From positions 1,376 to 65,375 of the forward strand of contig JANNBA010000038.1 of assembly GCA_031384845.1 (NCBI GenBank): a DNA stretch of 64,000 nucleotides, given 5' to 3'. Shown here in pieces: positions 40,662 through 49,058 of this stretch. The notes under the pieces are model-generated. The model did not search any database. It worked only from the letters and a program-made list of their open reading frames with translations, and was not told the DNA's origin. The first letter of the stretch is position 1; every line of letters begins with the position of its first letter. Source of the stretch: Bacteroidota bacterium. Its GTDB lineage: Bacteria > Bacteroidota > Bacteroidia > Flavobacteriales > Flavobacteriaceae. A program made the position numbers and the translations under genes.

Positions 40662-41321
40662 ATGTTGATCATTACAGATTTTATAAACAAACGCTTTTTG
40701 CCATTAGATTTTTCTGAAACTGTAGCAGATGTGAGCCTGTTTTTGAAACAAAATTATTTTTCACACTTTCCTGTTGAAGAAAACGGGGTTTATTTAGGCA
40801 ATATTTCCTTAGAAGCTATTGAGGCATTTGATGAATCTCAAAAACTGAAAGATTGCGATTTCGATTTAGAACATTTTTTTGTTAAAAACACTACAATTTG
40901 GACAGATATTTTTGAGGTTTTTTCAAAAAACGAAACCAATATTATACCCGTTTTAGACCAAAACGACACTTTTTTGGGCTGTTATGAATTGATTGACCTT
41001 ATACATTTTGTGAGCGATATGCCATTTTTGAAAGAATTTGGCAACACCATTATTGTAGAAAAACCCATATTAGATTATACAATGGGGCAAGTGATTCAAA
41101 TTGTTGAAAGCAACAACGGCAAGATTTTTGGGGCAGTAGTATCTAATTTGACCATAGATCGCGTTCAAATCACTATCAAAATCGCAATGGAAAATCTGAA
41201 CGAAATTATACAAACCTTTCGCAGATATGACTACACCATTATTTCAGAGCATCAAGACGATCATTATTTGAAAGATTTGAAAGAGCGGGTCGATTATTTA
41301 GAGCATTATTTGAACGTTTAG
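40662..41321 (+). CDS. CBS domain-containing protein
   Basis: 219 aa with a CBS pair. This is the conserved gene between pdxJ and nadK in Flavobacteriia. Confidence 0.65.
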   Translation: MLIITDFINKRFLPLDFSETVADVSLFLKQNYFSHFPVEENGVYLGNISLEAIEAFDESQKLKDCDFDLEHFFVKNTTIWTDIFEVFSKNETNIIPVLDQNDTFLGCYELIDLIHFVSDMPFLKEFGNTIIVEKPILDYTMGQVIQIVESNNGKIFGAVVSNLTIDRVQITIKIAMENLNEIIQTFRRYDYTIISEHQDDHYLKDLKERVDYLEHYLNV

Positions 41322-41335
41322 TAAATTTAAAACCA

Positions 41336-42220
41336 ATGAAAGTAGCCATTTACGGACAATATTATCAAAACAGTACCGAACCTATTATTCGCGATATTTT
41401 TGTTTTTTTTAACCAAAACAATGTCGAAATGGTAATTGAGGCCGAGTTTTTGGCGATGCTGTATGACAAGCAATTGGTCAAAAAAGAATATAAAACCTTT
41501 GAAAATGCCGCCGCATTAGACAGCAGTTTCGACATGATGATTAGCATTGGCGGCGACGGCACCATTTTGCGTGCAGCCACATTAGTACAGGATTCTGGAA
41601 TCCCAATTTTGGGCATTAATGCTGGTCGCTTGGGCTTTTTGGCGATGGTTCAAAAAGAAGACATTGCCCTATTTTTGCAAATTGTTTTGGACAAAAAATA
41701 TACTATTTCTGAACGAACACTACTTTCTTTGAGTAGCTTTCCAGAAATTGAAAACATGGGTAATTTGAATTTTGCAATGAACGAAATCACTGTAAGTCGC
41801 AAAGATACTACCTCGATGATCACCATAGAAACCTTTCTTGATGGCGAATATTTGAACTCTTATTGGGCAGACGGACTTATCGTAGCCACACCAACAGGCT
41901 CTACAGGTTATTCGATGAGTTGTGGCGGCCCAATCTTGACACCAAACGTTAATGGACTTGTAATCACACCAATAGCCCCACACAATCTTAATGCTCGACC
42001 ACTTGTTATTCCAGACGAAACCGAAATTAGACTTCGGGTTTCGGGTCGCGAACAACAATATTTGGTGTCTTTGGACTCGAGAATCGCATCCGTAAAAAAC
42101 GAAGCGGTTTTGACGATCAAAAAAACAAATTTCAAAATTAATATGGTCGAAATTCCAGACGAAACTTTTTTGAAAACCCTACGCAACAAACTACTTTGGG
42201 GCGAGGATAAACGAAATTAA
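41336..42220 (+). CDS. nadK: NAD kinase
   Basis: Contains the GGDGT motif (ISIGGDGTILRA) and the NE..V / TPTGSTGY motifs. Confidence 0.9.
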   Translation: MKVAIYGQYYQNSTEPIIRDIFVFFNQNNVEMVIEAEFLAMLYDKQLVKKEYKTFENAAALDSSFDMMISIGGDGTILRAATLVQDSGIPILGINAGRLGFLAMVQKEDIALFLQIVLDKKYTISERTLLSLSSFPEIENMGNLNFAMNEITVSRKDTTSMITIETFLDGEYLNSYWADGLIVATPTGSTGYSMSCGGPILTPNVNGLVITPIAPHNLNARPLVIPDETEIRLRVSGREQQYLVSLDSRIASVKNEAVLTIKKTNFKINMVEIPDETFLKTLRNKLLWGEDKRN

Positions 42221-42257
42221 AAGATTGATTTTAGGTTGTTTTTTTTTTAATCAAATG

Positions 42258-42289
42258 TTTGTAGATTTTGATTTTTTTTTATAAATTTG
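42258..42289 (+). promoter_or_regulatory. Candidate promoter of the methyltransferase gene (-33 TTTG, 20-nt spacer containing T9, -7 TAAATTTG)
   Basis: TTTG at 42258-42261, a T9 tract at 42272-42280, and TAAATTTG at 42282-42289. The ATG is at 42321. Confidence 0.45.
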
Positions 42290-42320
42290 TAACCCTTGTG
42301 TAAGGTTAAACAATTTGGTT

Positions 42321-43553
42321 ATGAATGATTATTTGACACTTTCGGAAACCTCCGAATATATTGGAAAGAGTAAAGAAACACTTCGTCGTTGGGACAAAGA
42401 GGGAAAACTTTCTGCGGTTCGTGAACCGATGAGCAATTATCGAGTTTATCGAAAATCAGATGTAGATACTTTGTTTGGTGACTTTTTGGATATCGAAAAT
42501 CAAGAAACCGTTTCGAATTATGTTGAACCTCAAAATGATTATACGGTTTTAGAATTGTTCGCTGGCGCTGGTGGTTTGGCGATTGGAATGGAAAAAGCTG
42601 GTTTAAAATGTGTTGCGTTAAACGAAATTGATAAATGGGCTTGTCAAACTTTGCGAAATAATCGTCCAAATTGGAATGTTTTAGAGGGCGATATAAAGTC
42701 GTTCGATTTTTCTGAATATCACAATAAGGTTGATGTTGTAACGGGCGGTTTTCCTTGCCAAGCATTTAGTTATGCAGGTAAAAAACTCGGTTTAGCCGAT
42801 GCTCGTGGCACTTTATTTTATGAATTTGCAAGAGCCGTAAAAGAAGTAAACCCGCCGATTTGTATTGGCGAAAATGTGCGTGGATTGTTAAGTCACGAAA
42901 ATGGAAAAACCTTGCAAGGAATGATTTCAATTCTTGATGAAATTGGTTATAATGTTGTTCCTGTTCAAGTTTTGAAAGCAATACATTTTAATGTTCCACA
43001 AAAGCGAGAACGATTAATTGTTGTTGGAATTAGAAAAGATATAGATTTGCAATACCAATATCCAAAGCCGTACAAAAAAATCTATAATTTAAAAGATGCG
43101 CTAAAAAAAGGCAATTTATTTGATTGTAACGTTCCAAAATCTGAAGGTTCAAAATACCCAAAAAGCAAAATTGATGTTTTAGATTTGGTTCCACAAAAAG
43201 GATATTGGCGTGATTTACCGTTAGAAATTCAAAAAGAATTTATGGGCGGAAGTTTTCACCTTGGTGGCGGTAAAACTGGAATTGCTAGGCGAATTGGTTG
43301 GGATGAGCCTTGTCTAACGTTGACTTGTAGTCCTGCTCAAAAGCAAACTGAACGATGTCATCCAGAAGAAACTCGACCGTTTACGGTTCGAGAATATGCA
43401 AGAATTCAAACTTTTCCTGATGATTGGCAGTTTGATGGGTCGGTTGCACAGCAATACAAGCAAATTGGAAACGCAGTTCCTGTTAATTTAGGAAAGGAAG
43501 TTGGTTATTCAATTGTTAATTTTTTGAATAGTTACTACAATTTATTAAAGTGA
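42321..43553 (+). CDS. DNA (cytosine-5)-methyltransferase with an N-terminal MerR/excisionase-type HTH
   Basis: m5C MTase motifs: I ELFAGAGGL, IV GGFPCQAFS, VI ENVRGL, VIII QRERLIVVG, IX/X TVREYARIQTFPDDW...GNAVPV. The N-terminal ~50 aa are LTLSETSEYIGKSKETLRRWDKEGKL. Confidence 0.9.
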   Translation: MNDYLTLSETSEYIGKSKETLRRWDKEGKLSAVREPMSNYRVYRKSDVDTLFGDFLDIENQETVSNYVEPQNDYTVLELFAGAGGLAIGMEKAGLKCVALNEIDKWACQTLRNNRPNWNVLEGDIKSFDFSEYHNKVDVVTGGFPCQAFSYAGKKLGLADARGTLFYEFARAVKEVNPPICIGENVRGLLSHENGKTLQGMISILDEIGYNVVPVQVLKAIHFNVPQKRERLIVVGIRKDIDLQYQYPKPYKKIYNLKDALKKGNLFDCNVPKSEGSKYPKSKIDVLDLVPQKGYWRDLPLEIQKEFMGGSFHLGGGKTGIARRIGWDEPCLTLTCSPAQKQTERCHPEETRPFTVREYARIQTFPDDWQFDGSVAQQYKQIGNAVPVNLGKEVGYSIVNFLNSYYNLLK

Positions 43554-43558
43554 TTTTT

Positions 43559-43882
43559 ATGAAAAATGAACTATCTGGCGTTATTAAAAATGGACAATTA
43601 AAAAGGATTCAATCTGTTTTAAATAAAAATTGGAAGCAAGAAAATAGATTTACAAATAGAAATTGGGATGAAGAAATTGAGTTTATAAAAAAGGGCAGAG
43701 GGCAATTAATTCCAGTTACAATTTGTATTGATTTTTTAAATGAAAATTTCAAAATTGAATACACAAAAGATAATTTCATAAAGACAAAAAATCTTATTGA
43801 GAATTTCTTAAAATTTCGGCTCTTGCAAAATACTTTTATAGCTTGTCGAAACCTAAATAATAACTGTAATTTTCAAAAGTAA
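43559..43882 (+). CDS. Hypothetical 107-aa K/N/F-rich protein inside the R-M cassette
   Basis: The ATG lies 6 nt after the MTase stop, and an in-frame GTG at 43550 overlaps that stop. A 107-codon open frame is unusual in ~28% GC DNA. The 3' end overlaps the convergent REase gene by 47 nt. No recognisable motif. Confidence 0.4.
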   Translation: MKNELSGVIKNGQLKRIQSVLNKNWKQENRFTNRNWDEEIEFIKKGRGQLIPVTICIDFLNENFKIEYTKDNFIKTKNLIENFLKFRLLQNTFIACRNLNNNCNFQK

Positions 43883-44600
43883 TTTGGTCTAAAATTGTTC
43901 TTTTTGAAGATTTAGTTTCTGATTTTATTTCGTCCAAAGCAGAATTTGCTTTAATTGTATCGCTTTTTTCAATCGAATTCAAATAGTCGTTTATTACCGA
44001 AGGCAATACTTTGTATAATTCAAAAAGTGCGTTTTCTTGTCCCGAAAGTAAAGCATAAAATTGATCGCCAGAAATTTTATAAACCCTGCTATGGCTATAT
44101 TCTTTGCCGTTTATCTCGCCTTTCCATAAATCGTTGAAACTTCCTTTTGCAAGAATTTGAACCCAATAACATTTGGCTTGTTTGTAATTGTCGGCATAAG
44201 TTTTTAACTTTTGGAACAAACTTTCTGCCGAACTACTATTCATCGTATTATGTTTGTTTTTTATATCCGCAAACAAACTATCATCATTTGCTTTTATGTC
44301 AAAACCGCTCAAATTTCCAACTTGAAAACCTTTGATTCCTCCCAAAATTTGCTCGTGAAAAGTTCCGATAGAATTGTTTATTGACTTATCAATTTGGCGT
44401 AATATTTCGGCTTGAATTAAATTTTCTTGATTTATATCGTTGAATTGAGCATCAAAAGTCAATTTAATTGTATCAACTTTATTGCTATAAAAGTTCTTTT
44501 TTGTGATATTGTTATTCGCTTTTAAATACGCTTTATGAAGATTTGCAATACAATGTAGCAAATGTTCGTCTGATATAAAGTCAACATATTTATTTTTCAT
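43836..44600 (-). CDS. Type II restriction endonuclease, Eco47II/Sau96I-like (tentative)
   Basis: 254 aa, convergent with the m5C MTase. The segment FADIKNKHNTMNSSSAESL and the overall size resemble the RE_Eco47II family as I recall it. This needs REBASE/Pfam confirmation. Confidence 0.6.
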   Translation of the reverse strand: MKNKYVDFISDEHLLHCIANLHKAYLKANNNITKKNFYSNKVDTIKLTFDAQFNDINQENLIQAEILRQIDKSINNSIGTFHEQILGGIKGFQVGNLSGFDIKANDDSLFADIKNKHNTMNSSSAESLFQKLKTYADNYKQAKCYWVQILAKGSFNDLWKGEINGKEYSHSRVYKISGDQFYALLSGQENALFELYKVLPSVINDYLNSIEKSDTIKANSALDEIKSETKSSKRTILDQITFENYSYYLGFDKL

Positions 44601-44909
44601 CTAATTCACAATTTATAATTTAATGGCTAAAATAGTGTTTTTTTTTATTACCCCATCCAAAAACACCCGTTTTGAAAAAAAATATACTTCTATTTTTGAT
44701 CAAAAGGCTAAATTTTTGTTGCAATCAAAGCAGTTTTTTATCCAAATCTAAACATATCGATACTAAATGATTGTTTTTTTTGTTTAAAAGGTAATCAAAT
44801 TACTATTGAGAAACAAAAAAACGATTAATTTAAAAAAAAATGCAGATTTGCAAAAATGTCTGTTAAATGGCAAACAGAATTGCTATATTTGCACGCTATT
44901 TTCAAAAAG

Positions 44910-45593
44910 ATGAAAAAACCATTTTTTATTATTTTGTGCTTGTTGACACTGTCCTTTACAAAAGCCCAAATTCACGAAGTGGGCGTTTTTGTTGGTGGTA
45001 GCAACTATATTGGCGATATTGGCCCAACCACTTATATCGCTCCAAATGAGTTGGCACTTGGCTTTGTTTATAAATGGAATAAAAGCCCGCGGCACGCATG
45101 GCGATTGGGTTATACAATGGCAAAAATCAAGGCTTATGACCTGGATTCTGAAGATGTTTCACGCCAAGAACGTGGATATAGTTTTGAAAATAGTTTAAAT
45201 GAACTATCTTTAGGGCTAGAATTTAATTTTTTTGACTTTAATTTGCACGAATTAAGTCGAAAAATATCACCTTATGTCTATAGCGGCGTGAGTTATGTTC
45301 GATATAACGGGCTGTTTTTTGAAAATGGTAAAACAAAATATGAAACCTCGCAGGGTACAGTTGCTATACCGATGATTGTGGGTATAAAAGCCAGAATGAT
45401 GGATAGCATTATATTGGGGATAGAAGTGGGTGCTCGCTACACCTATCGAGATGATTTGGACGGTAGCAAACCCAAAAATGAAAATTTGATAACGCAACAA
45501 TTTGGAAATATAAATAATAATGATTGGTATGTTTTTTCTGGAGTAAGCTTGACCTACACCTTTGGTAACAAACCCTGTTATTGTTCACAATAA
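44910..45593 (+). CDS. DUF6089-like outer-membrane beta-barrel protein
   Basis: Signal peptide MKKPFFIILCLLTLSFTKAQ and alternating beta-strand pattern. This is the conserved gene upstream of uppS in Flavobacteriia. Confidence 0.6.
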   Translation: MKKPFFIILCLLTLSFTKAQIHEVGVFVGGSNYIGDIGPTTYIAPNELALGFVYKWNKSPRHAWRLGYTMAKIKAYDLDSEDVSRQERGYSFENSLNELSLGLEFNFFDFNLHELSRKISPYVYSGVSYVRYNGLFFENGKTKYETSQGTVAIPMIVGIKARMMDSIILGIEVGARYTYRDDLDGSKPKNENLITQQFGNINNNDWYVFSGVSLTYTFGNKPCYCSQ

Positions 45594-45595
45594 AA

Positions 45596-46336
45596 ATGAA
45601 TTTAGAAAGCAAAATAAATAAAGACAACCTACCAAAACACCTTGCCATCATTATGGACGGCAACGGGCGATGGGCAAAAAAGCAAGGGTTTTTGCGGGTT
45701 TTTGGTCATGAAAATGGCGCAAAATCTGGTCGGATTGTAGTTGAAGAATGTGCCAAATTGGGCATAGAAAATCTTACGTTATATGCTTTTTCTACAGAAA
45801 ACTGGAACCGCCCAAAATTAGAAATCGACGCGCTCATGAAGCTCTTAATCAATGCTTTGAAAGACGAACTACAAACATTGATGACCAATAATATCAAACT
45901 AAATATGATTGGTGATATGGGCAAATTGCCAGTTTCTGCCCAAAAAAAATTGGTTGAAGTAATTGACAAAACCAAAAACAATACTAGAATGACCCTTACG
46001 CTGGCTCTAAGCTATGGCTCACGCGAAGAATTGGTGTTTGCCATCAAAGAAATCAGCCATAAAGTTAAAAATAATATAATTTCGATAGACAATATTGACG
46101 AATTAATTATAAATCAGCATCTTTACACGCAAAATTTACCAGACGTAGATTTATTAATACGAACCAGCGGCGAACACCGTATTAGCAATTTTTTGCTGTG
46201 GCAAATTGCCTATGCCGAATTGTTTTTTACAGAGGTGCTTTGGCCAGATTTTACAGAACAACATTTATATGAGGCTATCATTAGTTATCAAAAAAGAGAA
46301 AGACGATTCGGAAAAACAAGTGAACAAATTAAATAA
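45596..46336 (+). CDS. uppS: Isoprenyl transferase (undecaprenyl diphosphate synthase)
   Basis: Contains HLAIIMDGNGRWA, AFSTENWNRP and RTSGEHRISNFLLWQ. Confidence 0.92.
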   Translation: MNLESKINKDNLPKHLAIIMDGNGRWAKKQGFLRVFGHENGAKSGRIVVEECAKLGIENLTLYAFSTENWNRPKLEIDALMKLLINALKDELQTLMTNNIKLNMIGDMGKLPVSAQKKLVEVIDKTKNNTRMTLTLALSYGSREELVFAIKEISHKVKNNIISIDNIDELIINQHLYTQNLPDVDLLIRTSGEHRISNFLLWQIAYAELFFTEVLWPDFTEQHLYEAIISYQKRERRFGKTSEQIK

Positions 46337-49022
46337 AAATTTAGTGTCAAATAAAAGCATACAAATAGTCCTCGCACTATTATTTTTTGGAAGTATTTTT
46401 CAGTCAAACGCACAAGACCGCATTCCTTTTGATCAGGGAAAACCATATATTTTGGCAAACGTTGCCGTATTGGGCAAAGTAAGTTATAACGAGCAAACCA
46501 TCGTAACTTTTACTGGTTTGGAAAAAGGACAAACCATCACTGTGCCTGGTGAAGAAATTAGCAACGCCATCAAAAAGTTAGGAAAGTTAGGCTTTTTTAG
46601 CGATATTGATTTTTATGTCAACAAAATTCAAGGTGACAGCATTTATCTTGATTTGGCGATCACAGAATTTCCAAAATTGAGTGATGTAAAATTTGTGGGG
46701 GTCAAAAAAGGAAAAATCGAAGCCCTGATCAAAGACAATGACCTTGTAAAAGGAAAAATCGTCAACGAAAACCTTATTACTACTACTAAAAACTATATCG
46801 AAAACAAATACCGCAAAGACGGATTTTTTAATACTAAAGTTAACATTTCAACTGTTGCAGATACCAGCAAAGGCAATCCTGTCAAAATGTTGGTCAAAAT
46901 AGACAAAGGCGACAAAGTAAAAATCAAAGAAATTGTTATTACAGGCAACCAAAAAATGAGCACTTCAAAACTTTTGGGAGCTATGAAAAACACCAAACAG
47001 CGCAATATATTTCGGGTGTTGAAGGCGTCAAAATTTATAAAAGACAAATACAAAGAAGATTTAGAAAAAGTCATTTCAAAATATAAAGAAAGTGGCTATC
47101 GAGATGCCAGAATCCTTTCGGATACGGTGATTTATAACAAAAAAGACAACAATATTGCCATCAATATCAATCTTGAAGAAGGAAGAAAATATTATTTTGG
47201 AAACATCAAATTTTTAGGAAATACAGTCTATACAGACGAAGGTTTGAGCGGCATTCTAGGCGTAAAAAAAGGAGATGTATATAATGGTGTTTTGTTAGAA
47301 AAACGAATTGCAGACAAAAGCAAGCCTGATGGAGAAGACATTACCAATTTATACCAAAATAACGGCTATCTGTTTTCTACAATCAATGCTGTAGAAACCA
47401 AAACCGCAAATGATAGCATCGACTTTGAAATCAGAATTATGGAAGGCCCGATTGCTTATTTCAACAAAATTACGGTTGTAGGAAATGACAAAACCAATGA
47501 TGAGGTTATTTATCGAGAATTGCGAACCAAACCAGGACAAAAATACAGCAAAGACGACTTGGTAAGAACAATTAGAGAAATTGGAGCACTTGGTTTTTTT
47601 GACCCAGAAGCGATTGATCCAAAATTTAAAAACGTAGATCCTGCAGCTGGCACTGTTGATATCGAATACAATCTTGTCGAAAAAGGATCTAGCCAAATCG
47701 AACTACAAGGTGGTTATGGCGGCGGCGGTTTTATTGGTACCTTAGGGCTTTCGTTTAATAATTTTTCGGCACGCAATTTGTTCAAAAAAGAAGCTTATAG
47801 GCCTTTGCCGATGGGAGATGGTCAAAAAGTAGCTCTCAGACTGCAAGGGAGTAGTTTTTATCAAACTTATAGTTTGTCGTTTTCTGAACCTTGGTTTGGC
47901 GGGAAAAAACCAGTAAGCTTTAGTAGCTCCTTTTCTTACAGTAAGCAGTTTTTGAACAATTTTCAAACCAGATCAGTTGATAGAGACCGAAGTTTTAATA
48001 TCCTGGCAGTCTCGGTTGGATTGGCAAAGAGATTGAGCGTGCCTGACGACTCTTTTGTGCTATCAAATGCGATTAGCTTTCAATACTATGACCTCAAAAA
48101 TTATAATACTGGACTGTTTACTTTTGGAAACGGATCTTCTCGAAATTTCGCCTACACATTAGGGTTAAGCAGAAACAACAAGGGAACAAATCCTATATTT
48201 CCAATGTATGGATCAGAGTTTAGCCTTTCGGCAAAATTTACGCCGCCCTACTCCAAGTTTAACGGTGTTGACTATAGCAAATTGGGCGATTTACAAGAAA
48301 ACAAACTCAAGTATGACTCGGCTTTGCCAGTGAACGTACCAACGCCAGAAGGAGGACAAATTGTTCAAAATGGCGATTATATCAAATTGAGTAACGCAAG
48401 CATAGGCACCTATCAACGTGTTGAAACCTATCAAGAAGCCGATGCAGATCCTGCCAAAGTAGATCAACAAAAATTTAATTGGTTGGAATATTATAAAATA
48501 AAATTCAAAGCCGAGTGGTTTACCAAAATTTATGACAAATTGGTTTTGCGCTCGCTTGGCGAATTTGGTTATCTTGGCAACTATAATAGTGCCCGTGGTG
48601 ATGTGCCATTTGAACGCTTTTTTGTTGGTGGTGATGGTCTAGCAAACTATGCTCTTGATGGGCGCGAAGTGGTGCAACTTCGTGGTTATCCAAACCAATC
48701 TCTCACACCTGTTGACAATAGAGGAAGCCAAAATGGCGCCACGATTTATAACAAATTTTCTTTGGAATTGCGTTATCCGCTTACGCTAAAACAAGCCGCA
48801 TCTATATATGCACTTACCTTTTTTGAAGCTGGAGCCGCGTTTGACGATCCACAAAAATACAACCCCTTTGCGATGCAAAGATCTGCTGGATTTGGATTGC
48901 GTGTTTTTATGCCTGCATTTGGACTTCTTGGAATCGATTTTGGTCACGGATTTGACGCCATTCCGGGCACAACACAACCAAACGGTTGGGAAACGCATTT
49001 TATCATCGGACAACAATTTTAA
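46320..49022 (+). CDS. bamA: Outer membrane protein assembly factor BamA
   Basis: POTRA repeats plus a C-terminal Omp85 barrel (ending GWETHFIIGQQF). The start is ambiguous: GTG at 46320 (17-nt overlap with uppS) or ATG at 46269. Confidence 0.85.
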   Translation: MNKLNKNLVSNKSIQIVLALLFFGSIFQSNAQDRIPFDQGKPYILANVAVLGKVSYNEQTIVTFTGLEKGQTITVPGEEISNAIKKLGKLGFFSDIDFYVNKIQGDSIYLDLAITEFPKLSDVKFVGVKKGKIEALIKDNDLVKGKIVNENLITTTKNYIENKYRKDGFFNTKVNISTVADTSKGNPVKMLVKIDKGDKVKIKEIVITGNQKMSTSKLLGAMKNTKQRNIFRVLKASKFIKDKYKEDLEKVISKYKESGYRDARILSDTVIYNKKDNNIAININLEEGRKYYFGNIKFLGNTVYTDEGLSGILGVKKGDVYNGVLLEKRIADKSKPDGEDITNLYQNNGYLFSTINAVETKTANDSIDFEIRIMEGPIAYFNKITVVGNDKTNDEVIYRELRTKPGQKYSKDDLVRTIREIGALGFFDPEAIDPKFKNVDPAAGTVDIEYNLVEKGSSQIELQGGYGGGGFIGTLGLSFNNFSARNLFKKEAYRPLPMGDGQKVALRLQGSSFYQTYSLSFSEPWFGGKKPVSFSSSFSYSKQFLNNFQTRSVDRDRSFNILAVSVGLAKRLSVPDDSFVLSNAISFQYYDLKNYNTGLFTFGNGSSRNFAYTLGLSRNNKGTNPIFPMYGSEFSLSAKFTPPYSKFNGVDYSKLGDLQENKLKYDSALPVNVPTPEGGQIVQNGDYIKLSNASIGTYQRVETYQEADADPAKVDQQKFNWLEYYKIKFKAEWFTKIYDKLVLRSLGEFGYLGNYNSARGDVPFERFFVGGDGLANYALDGREVVQLRGYPNQSLTPVDNRGSQNGATIYNKFSLELRYPLTLKQAASIYALTFFEAGAAFDDPQKYNPFAMQRSAGFGLRVFMPAFGLLGIDFGHGFDAIPGTTQPNGWETHFIIGQQF

Positions 49023-49058
49023 CTTTGGCACGATTTTTTCTAACATAAATTTTAAGTC

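Noticed and set aside
42224-44803. Possible imperfect direct repeats flanking the R-M cassette: gattg..T-run..aatcaaat at 42224-42257 and 44765-44803.
   Set aside because: Only ~13 matching bases are interrupted by variable T runs in very AT-rich DNA. This is not distinguishable from chance without statistics, so it is not claimed as a target-site duplication.
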